From Propioniciclava sp. (GTDB lineage Bacteria; Actinomycetota; Actinomycetes; Propionibacteriales; Propionibacteriaceae), in NCBI RefSeq assembly GCF_035435805.1, contig NZ_DAOMVC010000001.1: a DNA stretch of 64,000 bases; one strand, 5' to 3'. Each line of letters starts with the position of its first letter. Position 1 is the stretch's first letter. A program made the translations under genes and the position numbers. This document shows positions 12,362 through 22,510 of this stretch, piece by piece. Below the pieces are notes generated by a model that saw only the letters and a list, made by a program, of their open reading frames with translations, was not told where the DNA came from and did not search any database.

Positions 12362-13231
12362 TCAGCGGCTCTCCGCGATGCGGGCCACGTGCAACGACAA
12401 GTAGGAGACCTCGTCGGAGGTCAGTTCATCGCCCAGCCGCAATTCGATGATCCCGGCCAGCCGCTCGGCGACGATCGTGGCGTCCGGGTAGGTCGCGCGG
12501 ATGGCGTCGCTGATCGGGGAGCTTTCCGAGGCGAGCTGCTGGTGCTGGCTGACCCGGACGAAGAGGTAGCGCAGGTGCGTGATGAACCGGCCGACACTGA
12601 CCGAGTCGTGCCCCAGGTCTAGGCCGTACTCGGCTTCGATGACCGATACGAGTTGGTGGATGACCCCCGTCATCCGGTAGGTGAAGGTCAGGTCGCCGCT
12701 GGCCATGCCCGCGTTGACCAGATGGAGGGCGAGGGCGACCTCCTCCGACTCGGGCAGCGGCTGCTCCAGGTGGAGATTGACGGCGGCGAGCAGGTCGCGG
12801 GCCTGACGGAGTTCGTGCGGGTAGAGGTGGGACACCTCGGCGCGCAGCGGGTACTCCACCGTCAGCCCGCGAGCGGCGCGATGCGTGGCGAAGTTCAGGT
12901 GGTCGGCCAGCGCGATGACCAGGGTGGCGCTGTGGGTCATGCGGTCGGAGTCGGCGAGGTCGGGCAGCGTCCGGGAGACGAGCTGGATCATCTCCGGGGG
13001 GACGCCGGCCAAGAGCTGGGCCAGGTGGTCGGGGTCACGCCCGTCGCTGGGGACGAAGACCCGGATGATCTTGGCGGGATCCACGGCCGTGCCTGCCTTG
13101 GCCTGGAAGCCGAGCCCTCGTCCGGTGAGGATGACCTCGTCACCGGAGGAGTCGCGTGCGAGAACCACGTTGTTGTTGAAGACTCGGAGCACGGTCATGC
13201 CCTGCGTCTCCCTCGCCACACGTTCGGACAT
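12362..13231 (-). CDS. BglG/LicT-family transcription antiterminator (CAT + 2 PRD)
   Basis: VLRVFNNNVVLA...ILTGRGLGF; LADHL, ALHLVNA, RFITHLRY, YLSLHV. Confidence 0.93.
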   Translation of the reverse strand: MSERVARETQGMTVLRVFNNNVVLARDSSGDEVILTGRGLGFQAKAGTAVDPAKIIRVFVPSDGRDPDHLAQLLAGVPPEMIQLVSRTLPDLADSDRMTHSATLVIALADHLNFATHRAARGLTVEYPLRAEVSHLYPHELRQARDLLAAVNLHLEQPLPESEEVALALHLVNAGMASGDLTFTYRMTGVIHQLVSVIEAEYGLDLGHDSVSVGRFITHLRYLFVRVSQHQQLASESSPISDAIRATYPDATIVAERLAGIIELRLGDELTSDEVSYLSLHVARIAESR

Positions 13232-13333
13232 GGTCGGTTCACCTCGTTCGGGACTCGTGGGGATGCGGGCGTCGTCGCTGCTTCCCCACGGTAGTTGGGC
13301 GGATGGGGATGTGTCGAAGCACGCCCCGGGCGG

Positions 13334-13371
13334 CGCGAGGTGCCCGCCCCACCGGGTGCGGGCCCCTCGCG
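13334..13371 (-). terminator. GC-rich stem-loop after PTS gene
   Basis: CGCGAGGtGCCCGC...GCGGGCcCCTCGCG inverted repeat just downstream of the PTS stop codon. Confidence 0.45.
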
Positions 13372-13378
13372 TGAAAGA

Positions 13379-15385
13379 TCAGCGCGTGACGTCGATGATG
13401 GGCGCGCCCACCGTGGCCGTCTCGCCGGTGATCGGGGTGACAGCCGTCATCGCCTTGGTGTTGGTGACGGTCACCACCGTGGTGGTGTCGAAACCGGCGG
13501 CGCGGACCTTGTCGAAGTCGACGGTGGCGAGCAGGTCGCCCTTCTCGACCGTTTGGCCCTTGCTCACGGCGACCTCGAAACCGTCACCCTTCATCTGCAC
13601 CGTGTCGATGCCGATGTGCACCAGCACCTCGACGCCGGTCGTCGTCTTGATCCCGAAGGCGTGACCGGTCTTGGTGACGGTCGCGACGGTGCCGGCGACG
13701 GGGGAGAACACCTGGTTCTCGGTGGGCTGGATGCCCACCCCGTCCCCGAGCGTCTTGGAGGCGAAGACCTTGTCGTCCACGTCGGTGACCGGGACCACGA
13801 TGCCGGCCACCGGGGCGCCGATCACGACCTGGACACCCGTCAGCGCCTCGGCCGCGGCGGCCGGGATGGCCTCGGACGTCACGGAGTCAGGGGTGGAGGT
13901 GGTGGAGGCGGCCGGGACCGGATCCTTGTAGCCGGACACGATGACCAGCGCCATCGCGACGAAGAAGGCGGCTGCGACGGCGATCGCGTAGATCCACATC
14001 GGGTTGAAGACGGGGATGGTCAGCAGGGAGGTGAAGGCGAACACGGACGTCTTCACGCCGCCGCTGGTGGCGCCCAGGATGCCGATGATCAGGCCGCCGG
14101 TCAGACAGCCGACCAGCATCCGCGGGTAGATCCGCTTGAACCGCAGGTGGATGCCGTAGAGGGACGGCTCGGAGATGCCGCCGAACAGACCGGCGAGCAG
14201 GGCACCCGTGGCGGTCTGTCGCATCTGGGTGTCCTTGTCGCGCATCGACAACACGAGCACGCCGGCGGTGGCGCCGAAGCAGGCGAAGTTCCATGCGCCC
14301 ATGGGGCCCTGGATGAAGTCGTAGCCCAGCGTGTTGATGTTGACCAGCATGAGGGCGTTCAGCGGCCAGTGCAGGCCCAACGGGACGAGGAACGGGTAGA
14401 TCAGCGGAATGATGATCGCGAAGACGATGGGCGCGTTGGTGTTGAGCCACGCGAGGCCGCCACCCAGGCCGTTGCCGAGCCAGATGCCGAGCGGGCCGAG
14501 CAGGAAGGCGGTGATCGGGATCATGATCGCCATCGAGAGGAACGGCACGAAGACCATCTGAACGTTCTCGGGGAAGATCTTCTTCAGCAGGCGGTACAGC
14601 GGCGCCAGGAGCGCGACCATGATCAGCGGCACGAACACCTGGCCGCCGTAGTCGTTGAGCTGCATCGGCAGGCCGAAGACGGTCGCGACGCACTCGCTGG
14701 TGCCCAGCGTCTGGTTGACGTGGCAGACGACGCCGGGGATGCCCGAGTCGGCGGAGCTGAGCGAGATGAAGTTCGGGGTCATGAGCGCGCCCATGATGGT
14801 GGCGCCGACCCACGGGTCGACGTTGAGCTTCTTGGCCGCGTTGTAGGCGACCATGATCGGCAGGAAGTAGAACACCGCGCGCCACATCGCGTCGACGAAC
14901 ACCCAGGTGGCGGGCTTGTCGTCGGCGCGGAAGTCGACGACGCCGAGGGCGTCCAGGACCGCCGCGAAGGCGATGATCAACGAGGCGCCCAGCAGCACGC
15001 CGAGCAGCGGGCGGAACGAGTCGGACAGATACTCGAAGAAGGCGTCGATCCACCACACCTTGCCGCGGGCCTTGGAGCGGGCCGCGGCCTTGATGTCGGC
15101 GTCGGAGGGGGCAGCGACCGCGCCGGACATGCTCGGCAGGTTCATGATGTCGGAGTAGACGCTTTGGACGGCGCCGCCGATGACGACCTGGAAGCGATCC
15201 CCGCTCTGGGGAACGGCCCCCATGACGCCGGGGATCTGGTCGACCTTGGCCGCATCGACCTTGGAGGCGTCGCGGAGCTGGAAGCGAAGCCGCGTGGCGC
15301 AGTGGGTCAGGCTCTCGATGTTCTCGGGGCCGCCCACCTCCTCGACGATCGCCTGCGCGGCAGATCGGGTGGGATTGGATGTCAT
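13379..15385 (-). CDS. PTS EIIBCA, glucose/beta-glucoside family
   Basis: EIIB THCATRLRF; EIIC GISEPSLYG; EIIA DKVFASKTLGDG, LVHIGIDTV. Confidence 0.93.
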   Translation of the reverse strand: MTSNPTRSAAQAIVEEVGGPENIESLTHCATRLRFQLRDASKVDAAKVDQIPGVMGAVPQSGDRFQVVIGGAVQSVYSDIMNLPSMSGAVAAPSDADIKAAARSKARGKVWWIDAFFEYLSDSFRPLLGVLLGASLIIAFAAVLDALGVVDFRADDKPATWVFVDAMWRAVFYFLPIMVAYNAAKKLNVDPWVGATIMGALMTPNFISLSSADSGIPGVVCHVNQTLGTSECVATVFGLPMQLNDYGGQVFVPLIMVALLAPLYRLLKKIFPENVQMVFVPFLSMAIMIPITAFLLGPLGIWLGNGLGGGLAWLNTNAPIVFAIIIPLIYPFLVPLGLHWPLNALMLVNINTLGYDFIQGPMGAWNFACFGATAGVLVLSMRDKDTQMRQTATGALLAGLFGGISEPSLYGIHLRFKRIYPRMLVGCLTGGLIIGILGATSGGVKTSVFAFTSLLTIPVFNPMWIYAIAVAAAFFVAMALVIVSGYKDPVPAASTTSTPDSVTSEAIPAAAAEALTGVQVVIGAPVAGIVVPVTDVDDKVFASKTLGDGVGIQPTENQVFSPVAGTVATVTKTGHAFGIKTTTGVEVLVHIGIDTVQMKGDGFEVAVSKGQTVEKGDLLATVDFDKVRAAGFDTTTVVTVTNTKAMTAVTPITGETATVGAPIIDVTR

Positions 15386-15427
15386 GGATCTTTCCTGTCG
15401 TCGTGTTTCCGTCCCGGCCCCGAACGC

Positions 15428-15474
15428 AAAAAAGACCTGAGACGCCGCACGTACTGTGCAGTGACTCAGGTCTT
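15428..15474 (-). terminator. Intrinsic terminator in PTS leader (antitermination target)
   Basis: Minus strand AAGACCTGAG...CTCAGGTCTTTTTT. Confidence 0.85.
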
Positions 15475-15497
15475 GCCCCGGGATCGGGTAGCAACCC
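15469..15497 (-). promoter_or_regulatory. RAT (ribonucleic antiterminator) element
   Basis: Minus strand GGGTTGCTACCCGATCCCGGGGCAAGACC resembles bgl/lic RAT and overlaps the terminator 5' arm; -10 TATGGT at 15521-15526. Confidence 0.85.
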
Positions 15498-15659
15498 TGC
15501 TGAGCGGAAGCTCAAGTGCGACCATAGCACGACGCGAGACCCACGGAAAGTGGTCTCTGGTCGTAGGCGACGGGGCGGGTGCGTGGCGTCCGCGCGGCCT
15601 GTCGGTGGTGATCGCGCGATCGGGTGAGCGGACCGCCATGGGCCCGTTAGGGTGACGCC

Positions 15660-16613
15660 ATGACAACGACCGAGTCGGCGATCCTCTGCGTCGGAGAGGC
15701 GCTCATTGACGTGGTGCGACGCCCCGGGCGGGAGGACTCCGAGCACGTGGGCGGGAGCCTCCTCAATGTGGCGGCGGGCGCTGCGGCGCTGCAGGTGCCG
15801 ACCTACCTGGCGTCCTGGTGGGGCGCCGACGAGCGGGGTGCGCGACTGGCCGACTTCGCCGCCGCGGCGGGGGTCCGCGTGGTCGAAGGCACCGCAGGTG
15901 CGCCGGCGACCCCGATCGCGCTCGCCGACGTGGACGCGGACGGTCACGCCCGGTACACGTTCGAGCTCACCTGGGAGTTGCCCCCGCTGCCGGCGCAGGG
16001 AGTCGGGCACGTCCACACCGGAAGCCTGGCCGCGACGGTTGAGCCCGGGGGTTCCGCCGTGGTCGAGGAGATCACCCGGCTACGGCAGGGGGCGACCGTC
16101 TCCTACGACCCCAATGCACGGCCCGCGATCATGGGGTCCGGGGCGGACGTCCGGCGACGCGTGGAGACGCTCGTGGCCCTCAGCGACGTGGTGAAGGCCA
16201 GCGACGAGGACCTGGCGTGGCTCTACCCGGGCGTCGATCCCGCCGAGTCGCTGCGGGTCTGGTCCACGTTGGGCCCGAGCCTGGTGGTGATGACCCGGGG
16301 GGCACGTGGCGCGCTGGCGCGGCTGGCCCACGACGACGCCAGCCTGGAGGTCGCGGCGCCCGCCGTCGAGGTGGGGGACACCGTCGGGGCGGGCGATTCG
16401 TTCATGGCGGGCCTGCTGGTCGGGCTGCGTAGCGCCGGCCTGCTCGGTGGCCCCGATGCTCGGGCCCGGCTCGCATCGGCACGGTGGGAGGACGTGGCCC
16501 TGCCCCTACGACAGGGGGCACTGACCAGCGCCATCACCGTGGGGCGGGCGGGCGCCTACGCGCCAGGACCGGACGAGGTCGCAGCGCTCGACGCCGCGAC
16601 CTCGATCGTCTGA
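15660..16613 (+). CDS. PfkB-family carbohydrate kinase (fructokinase-like)
   Basis: VGEALID, GGSLLNVA, SYDPNARP, VKASDEDL, DTVGAGDSF. Confidence 0.9.
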   Translation: MTTTESAILCVGEALIDVVRRPGREDSEHVGGSLLNVAAGAAALQVPTYLASWWGADERGARLADFAAAAGVRVVEGTAGAPATPIALADVDADGHARYTFELTWELPPLPAQGVGHVHTGSLAATVEPGGSAVVEEITRLRQGATVSYDPNARPAIMGSGADVRRRVETLVALSDVVKASDEDLAWLYPGVDPAESLRVWSTLGPSLVVMTRGARGALARLAHDDASLEVAAPAVEVGDTVGAGDSFMAGLLVGLRSAGLLGGPDARARLASARWEDVALPLRQGALTSAITVGRAGAYAPGPDEVAALDAATSIV

Positions 16614-16620
16614 GCCAGTC

Positions 16621-17877
16621 TCAGAATCCGGCGAGGTTGTAGGGCGGAACGGAGGTCCGGAACAGCCGAGCCAGGGCATCCACGTCGGCGCTCGGCCCGT
16701 CGATCAGCCCCGAGGCCGCCAGCGTGCGGGCGTCCACCAGGCCGAAGTAGAGGGAGGCCAGGGCTGTCACGTCGACGCTCACCGTGGCGGCGTCCAGGGG
16801 GGCCACGTCGGCGACGCCGCCGGACACCGTCAGCCGCCATGTCCCGGCAGCGAAGCCCAGCGGGTCGACGACGCTGAATGCGACGCTCCCGTCTGTCTCC
16901 CAGCCGCGCGCAGTCAAAGCGCCGGGGGTGTCCAGCACACGCAGCCACGTGAAGTCGCCGACGGCTGTCGTCGTGACCGTCCGAGGGTCGGCCAGCGCCC
17001 ACTCCAATGGGCTGTCCGGGCGCAGATGACGCCAGGTGACCTTCTGCACGAGGTCGATCGATCCGAGGAACTGCCACAACGACAGTTCGGCGGCGTCATC
17101 GGCGGCGACCAGATCCCACACCCGCAGGCTCTCGTCCGACTCGTCCATGATGTAGCTCACCACGCCGTCCGGGACCCCCGCCTCATCCGTGTGAACGGCG
17201 ACCCGCAACCCGGAGACCGGGGCGTCCTTGTCGTAGTCCCAGGCTCCTGACAGCATCGTCGTATAGCCGTGAGGGCGCTGATGGGAGCCGCGCGTCGTGG
17301 CATGGAAGCGGGCGAACACGGCGTCGCGGATCGCGAGCCCGTCGGCGGGGGAGACCAGGGCGATGCGGGGCGGTGCCTCGCGGCGCCAGGCCGGAGCAGG
17401 CCGCGTGGCCAGCGTGACGCCCCGGCGTCGGGTAGCGACGCCGAAACCGAAACGGCCGTAGATGGTGGCCTCGGACGCGGTGAGGGCCGCGAGGGTCAGC
17501 CCCTCCTGCTTCGCCCGGGTCAGCGCGTCGATCATGAGCCGCTTCAGGATCCCCCGGCGGCGGTGCGTGGTGCGGACGGTGACGTCGAAGATGAACAGCG
17601 TCGGCTCGTGTCGCGCCCCGGTGTTGACGTCGAGGGTCGCCGAGCCGAACGTGGCCACCGGACGATCCAGTTCCGGAGCAACGCCGGGCAGGGTAGCGGT
17701 CGAGAACGCCGCGTCCAGCCGCAGCCCGTCGGCGACGATGTCGCTCACCCAGTGGGGGAGCGCCTCATCGGGGGCGTCGGCGGCGCCGAAGCCGAGGCGG
17801 ACCGCGTCCTGCCAGGCGCGCATCTGCGGGCTGGCGGGGTCGAGTACCGGGACCGTGTCGAAGCGAACGTCACTCAT
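16621..17877 (-). CDS. Eis-like GNAT acetyltransferase with C-terminal SCP2-like domain
   Basis: VTVRTTHRRRGIL, LTASEATIYGRFGFG, WLRVLD..ALTARG. Confidence 0.88.
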   Translation of the reverse strand: MSDVRFDTVPVLDPASPQMRAWQDAVRLGFGAADAPDEALPHWVSDIVADGLRLDAAFSTATLPGVAPELDRPVATFGSATLDVNTGARHEPTLFIFDVTVRTTHRRRGILKRLMIDALTRAKQEGLTLAALTASEATIYGRFGFGVATRRRGVTLATRPAPAWRREAPPRIALVSPADGLAIRDAVFARFHATTRGSHQRPHGYTTMLSGAWDYDKDAPVSGLRVAVHTDEAGVPDGVVSYIMDESDESLRVWDLVAADDAAELSLWQFLGSIDLVQKVTWRHLRPDSPLEWALADPRTVTTTAVGDFTWLRVLDTPGALTARGWETDGSVAFSVVDPLGFAAGTWRLTVSGGVADVAPLDAATVSVDVTALASLYFGLVDARTLAASGLIDGPSADVDALARLFRTSVPPYNLAGF

Positions 17878-17939
17878 GCTGGCGACACTAACGCATGCTC
17901 CGTCGGCGGCAGGCGCGGCCCCGGCTAGGCTCCTGGACC

Positions 17940-18659
17940 GTGACGAACGCCGCCCGCCGCCAGCCCGAGCAACAGGCACCTCCGGTCCAGAAACTGCAGG
18001 TCCGCTACGCCAAGCGCGGCCGGGCGCGGTTCACCTCGCACCGCGACTTCGCCCGGGCGTTCGAGCGCGCCCTGCGCCGGGCGGGCGTCCCGATGGCCTA
18101 CAGCTCCGGCTTCAACCCGCACCCGCGGGTCTCGTTCGCCAACGCCTCGCCGACGGGGGCCGCCACCGAGGCGGAGTACCTGGAGATCGGGCTGGCCCGG
18201 CGGGTTGATGTGGACGCCGTGGCGCGGGCGCTGGATGCCGCCCTGCCGGAGGGCCTCGACGTCCTCGAGGTCGTGGAGGCCGCTGGCTCGCTGGCGGAGC
18301 GGCTCACCGCGTCGGACTGGCGGATCGACCTACCCGGGGCTGACGAGGCGGCATTGGCGGCCGCGGTGGCCGCCGTGGGGGCGAGCGACAGCGTTCAGGT
18401 CGAGCGGATGACCAAGGCCGGGCTGCGCTCCTTCGACGCCCGCGCGGCGATGATCACCTTGGCCGTCTCGGGGCGCTGCGTCGCGGTCACGCTGGCGCAC
18501 GGGACCCCGCTGGTGCGACCCGACGATGTGGTGCAGGCCCTGGTCCGGGTCGGCTCCGGGTTCGCGGTCGCCGACCCGCCGATCCTCACCCGGCTCGCCC
18601 AGGGTTGCTGGCGCGAAGGCCGGATCGTCGGGCCCTTCGAGGTGGCACCCGGCGCGTGA
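17940..18659 (+). CDS. TIGR03936/DUF2344-type radical-SAM-associated protein
   Basis: RYAKRGRARFTSHRDF, MAYSSGFNPHPRVSF, EAEYLEI; located upstream of rne. Confidence 0.85.
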   Translation: MTNAARRQPEQQAPPVQKLQVRYAKRGRARFTSHRDFARAFERALRRAGVPMAYSSGFNPHPRVSFANASPTGAATEAEYLEIGLARRVDVDAVARALDAALPEGLDVLEVVEAAGSLAERLTASDWRIDLPGADEAALAAAVAAVGASDSVQVERMTKAGLRSFDARAAMITLAVSGRCVAVTLAHGTPLVRPDDVVQALVRVGSGFAVADPPILTRLAQGCWREGRIVGPFEVAPGA

Positions 18660-18856
18660 GACTGGGGTTTGCCGCGCCTGTGTGGAAAGATAGAAATCGG
18701 TCGAACGCCGACGGCGTCTGACCGGGGTGCCAGGCCGCGACGAGATCTTCGACCGCGGCGGGTCGCCCCAGAATCGCTAGCTTCGTCGCGCCACGGTGCC
18801 TATGCCCGGCGCGCGACCTACTGTACGGCGGGCTTCCCGCCGCGTGAGGAGAGCAC

Positions 18857-21475
18857 ATGCTCGATTCGGACGCACCCTCCGGTGCCACCCCTGAATCCAC
18901 CGAAACGACCCCTGCACCGCGCCGCCGTCGCCGTGCCGCCACCCGGCCGGCCGGCCCGCCGGCCCCGGTGACACCGCCGGAGCCCGTGGCCGAGGCGCCG
19001 GTTGAACCAGCCGCCGTCGCGTTGCCTGCTGCTGAGAAGCCTGTCGCCGTGAAGCCCCTCGACGAGCAACCCATTGCCGAGGAACTCGTGACCGAGGTCG
19101 CCGCCGAGGAGGGTGAGACCGCCGAGGAACTGGCGGCCGCCGCCGAACCGCAGGAGGGGCTGTTCCCCGAGGCTCCCGACACCCTGCCCGCGGTGCAGCC
19201 GGAACTCGAGGCCGACGCGCCGCTCGAACTGGTCGCCGAGACGCCCGCAGAGGAGCCGTCCACCGACGAGGTCGTGACTGAGGCGAAGACCCGCAAGCGC
19301 GCCGCCGCCCGCGGAACGCGGAGCCGCCGTAGCCGCAAGAGGGCCGAGCCCGACGCCGACGCCGCGGAGGCGACGGAGGCAGGCACCGCGGCCGACGTGG
19401 GTGCCAGCCTGGCTGAGCTGACCGCCGCGCTCGAACAGCAGGAGCACGCGGAGGAGGTGCGCGACGACGCCGAGGTGAGTGCTGCCCTCGACGATCTGGC
19501 CGCAGCCATCGGCGGAGAACCTCCGGAGGCAGATGAGGACGCCGCCGCGGAGAGCGAGGTCGACGACGACGCGGACGAGGACGATGCCGCGCCGCGTCGC
19601 CGCCGCCGTCGTCGCGGTGGCCGCCGCCGTCGTCGCGGCGCCGACCACGAGGACTCCGATGAGGACGATGCCGAGTCGGGCGAGTCGGAGGAAGGCTCCG
19701 ACGCCGAGCCCGGCGAGGATGCCGCGGGCACCGCACATGGGGATTCCCCCGACACTGATGACTCCGACGATGCGGGCGAGTCTCCCTCGACCTCCTCGCG
19801 TCGTCGCCGGCGTCGCCGCCGCCGCGGCGAGGACACGGGTGCCGCGGAGGAGGATGGCGTCGACGTCGTCATCAAGGTCCGCGAACCGCGTCGCTCGAAG
19901 TCCGCCAACGACGAGATCACCGGCATCGAAGGCTCCACCCGGATGGAGGCCAAGCGTCAGCGTCGACGCGAGGGCCGGGCTGCGGGGCGTCGTCGTTCCC
20001 CGATCCTGTCCGAGGCCGAGTTCCTGGCCCGGCGCGAGGCACTCGACCGGCAGATGCTCATCCGGCAGGCGGAGGACTACACGCAGATCGCCGTCCTCGA
20101 AGACGGGATCCTCGTGGAGCACTACGTCGATCGGGACAGTTCCGCGTCGCTGATCGGGAACATCTACCTGGGCCGCGTCCAGAACGTGCTGCCCAGCATG
20201 GAGGCCGCCTTCGTCGACATCGGCCGCGGCCGCAACGCCGTCATCTACGCCGGCGAGGTGGACTGGGACGCCTACGGGGTCACCGGCGAGGATCGCCGGA
20301 TCGAGAAGGTGCTCAAGTCGGGGCAGACGATCCTGGTGCAGGTCACCAAGGATCCGATCGGCGCCAAGGGCGCCCGCCTCACCGGGCACATCTCCATCCC
20401 CGGCCGTTACGTCGTCTACTGCCCGGGCGGTCAGCTGTCGGGCATCTCCCGCAAGCTCCCCGAGTCGGAGCGGAACCGCCTCAAGGGCATCCTCGATGCG
20501 GCCGTCGGCGAGAAGGCGTCCGTCATCGTCAGGACGGCGGCCGAGGGGGCCAGCCAGGAGGAACTCGAGCGTGACGTCCACCGGCTGCAGGCGCAGTGGG
20601 ACATCATCGAGAAGAAGGTCAAGGCCGGGTCGGCCCCTCAGCAGCTCTACGCGGAGCCCGACCTGACGGTGCGGATCGTCCGGGACCTGTTCACCGAGGA
20701 CTTCTCCGCGCTCGTCGTGGAGGGCAACGGTCAGGGTGAGGACGCCTGGGACACCGTCGAGGGCTACGTGACGCACGTCGCGCCGCACCTGGGTGAGCGA
20801 CTGCGCCGCTGGGACCGGGCCGCCGAGGGCGACCTGTTCGACAAGTTCCGGGTCAACGAGCAGGTGGCCAAGGCGCTGGAGCGGAAGGTCCACCTGCCTT
20901 CGGGCGGCTCGCTGATCATCGACCGCACCGAGGCCATGACGGTCATCGACGTCAACACCGGCAAGTTCACCGGCACCCAGGGCAACCTGGAGGCCACCGT
21001 GACCTCCAACAACCTTGAGGCCGCCGAGGAGATCGTCCGCCAGCTCCGGCTGCGCGACATCGGCGGCATCATCGTCATCGACTTCATCGACATGGTGCTG
21101 CCCGCCAACCGCGAACTGCTGCTGCGTCGACTGGTCGAATCCCTGGGCCGCGATCGCACCCGCCACCAGGTCGCCGAGGTGACCTCGCTGGGGCTGGTGC
21201 AGATGACCCGCAAGCGGATCGGCACCGGCCTGGCGGAGGCGTTCACGGTGCAGTGCGAGACCTGCAAGGGACGCGGCTATCACGTGCATGACGCCCCCGT
21301 CGCCTCCCAAGCACCCTCCGACGGTGGCGACCGCGACCACGGCCGCCGTGGCGGGCGTGCGCGGTCGGGATGCTCGCGCAAGGGCGAGGCGAAGAGCCAG
21401 GAGTCACACGACCAGGGAGCCTCGACCGAGCACGCCGGAGGCGAGTCCGCCTCCGCCGAGGCCGCATCCGCCTGA
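18857..21475 (+). CDS. rne: Ribonuclease E/G family with acidic/Arg-rich N-terminal extension
   Basis: GNIYLGRVQNVLPSMEAAFVDIG, VIDVNTG, LRDIGGIIVIDFIDM, CETCKGRG. Confidence 0.95.
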   Translation: MLDSDAPSGATPESTETTPAPRRRRRAATRPAGPPAPVTPPEPVAEAPVEPAAVALPAAEKPVAVKPLDEQPIAEELVTEVAAEEGETAEELAAAAEPQEGLFPEAPDTLPAVQPELEADAPLELVAETPAEEPSTDEVVTEAKTRKRAAARGTRSRRSRKRAEPDADAAEATEAGTAADVGASLAELTAALEQQEHAEEVRDDAEVSAALDDLAAAIGGEPPEADEDAAAESEVDDDADEDDAAPRRRRRRRGGRRRRRGADHEDSDEDDAESGESEEGSDAEPGEDAAGTAHGDSPDTDDSDDAGESPSTSSRRRRRRRRRGEDTGAAEEDGVDVVIKVREPRRSKSANDEITGIEGSTRMEAKRQRRREGRAAGRRRSPILSEAEFLARREALDRQMLIRQAEDYTQIAVLEDGILVEHYVDRDSSASLIGNIYLGRVQNVLPSMEAAFVDIGRGRNAVIYAGEVDWDAYGVTGEDRRIEKVLKSGQTILVQVTKDPIGAKGARLTGHISIPGRYVVYCPGGQLSGISRKLPESERNRLKGILDAAVGEKASVIVRTAAEGASQEELERDVHRLQAQWDIIEKKVKAGSAPQQLYAEPDLTVRIVRDLFTEDFSALVVEGNGQGEDAWDTVEGYVTHVAPHLGERLRRWDRAAEGDLFDKFRVNEQVAKALERKVHLPSGGSLIIDRTEAMTVIDVNTGKFTGTQGNLEATVTSNNLEAAEEIVRQLRLRDIGGIIVIDFIDMVLPANRELLLRRLVESLGRDRTRHQVAEVTSLGLVQMTRKRIGTGLAEAFTVQCETCKGRGYHVHDAPVASQAPSDGGDRDHGRRGGRARSGCSRKGEAKSQESHDQGASTEHAGGESASAEAASA

Positions 21476-21479
21476 GCCG

Positions 21480-22496
21480 ATGACCACGCCGTCCCCGTCC
21501 CGCGCCACCGCCTGGGCGGGGACGGTCGTCTCAGCGGTGCGGCAGCGCTACCCCTGGGCCGCCCAGCACACGGTCACCGGCCCCGGCGATGTCGACGTCA
21601 CACCCACCCGGTTGCACCCTGCCTTTCACGGCAGCTTCGACTGGCACAGTTGCGTCCACATGCACTGGTCCGGGTTGACGCTGCTCGACCTGCCCGGGGC
21701 CCCGGTCGAATCCCAGGCCGCCGAGGCACTGACCGCGCTCCTGGACGAACGCCTCACTGCCGCGCACATCGCGGTGGAAGCAGAACTCCTGAGGCGACGT
21801 CCCAGCTTCGAACGCCCCTACGGATGGGCCTGGGGACTGCAACTGGCGGCGGCCGCCCACACGTCCCCGCGGGCCCGCGCCCGCGGGTGGGCTGAGGCGC
21901 TGACGCCGATGCGGGAGGTTCTCGTTGCCCGGTTCCGGGCGTGGCTGCCCGGTATGCCGCTGCCTGTGCGAGCCGGCGTGCACAGCAACACCGCCTTCGC
22001 CCTCACCCTCGCTCGCGACGCCGCCTGCGCGCTCGGCGAGGACGAGCTGCTGTCGCTGATTGATGAGCGCGCGCTCGCCTGGTTCGCCGACGACCGGGAC
22101 TACCCGATCGCCTGGGAGCCGGATGGCCATGACTTCCTGTCCGCAGCCTTGAGCGAAGCCGTGCTGATGCGGCGTGTGCTGGGCCACGACGCCGCCCGAG
22201 ACTGGCTCGCCGGGTTCCTGCCGGGGCTCGCGCGCGAAGACGACCCCCTCTTCGAGGTGCCGGCCACCGACGCCGACCCCACCGACGGCCAACTCGCGCA
22301 CCTGCTCGGGTTGGCGCTGTCGCGTGCCTGGCACCTCCGGGAGTTGGCGCACCTGCTCGACGAGGAGGCCCGCGTCCGGGTCCGGGACCGCACCCGGCTC
22401 CAGATCGAACGGGTCGCAGGAGCGATCACCACCGGCGACTTCATGGCGACGCACTGGCTGGTGAGCTTCGCGCTCAAGGCCGACCTCGCCGCATGA
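21480..22496 (+). CDS. DUF2891-family protein
   Basis: HPAFHGSFDWHSCVHMHW, FERPYGWAW, GVHSNTAF, FMATHWLVSF. Confidence 0.82.
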   Translation: MTTPSPSRATAWAGTVVSAVRQRYPWAAQHTVTGPGDVDVTPTRLHPAFHGSFDWHSCVHMHWSGLTLLDLPGAPVESQAAEALTALLDERLTAAHIAVEAELLRRRPSFERPYGWAWGLQLAAAAHTSPRARARGWAEALTPMREVLVARFRAWLPGMPLPVRAGVHSNTAFALTLARDAACALGEDELLSLIDERALAWFADDRDYPIAWEPDGHDFLSAALSEAVLMRRVLGHDAARDWLAGFLPGLAREDDPLFEVPATDADPTDGQLAHLLGLALSRAWHLRELAHLLDEEARVRVRDRTRLQIERVAGAITTGDFMATHWLVSFALKADLAA

Positions 22497-22510
22497 AGAG
22501 GAGGACGACC

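Noticed and set aside
13295..16016. Long alternative-frame ORFs over the PTS gene (786 aa +, 709 aa -)
   Set aside because: Shadow ORFs typical of high-GC DNA; Arg/Gly/Ala-rich with no motifs, overlapping a clear gene.
19590..19830. CGT/CGC triplet runs in rne as DNA repeats
   Set aside because: They encode Arg-rich tracts normal for actinobacterial RNase E disordered regions.
18818..21340. 840-aa antisense ORF over rne
   Set aside because: Antisense shadow of a conserved gene; the same applies to long antisense ORFs over nadE, GH3, obgE, the hydantoinase genes and the binding protein.
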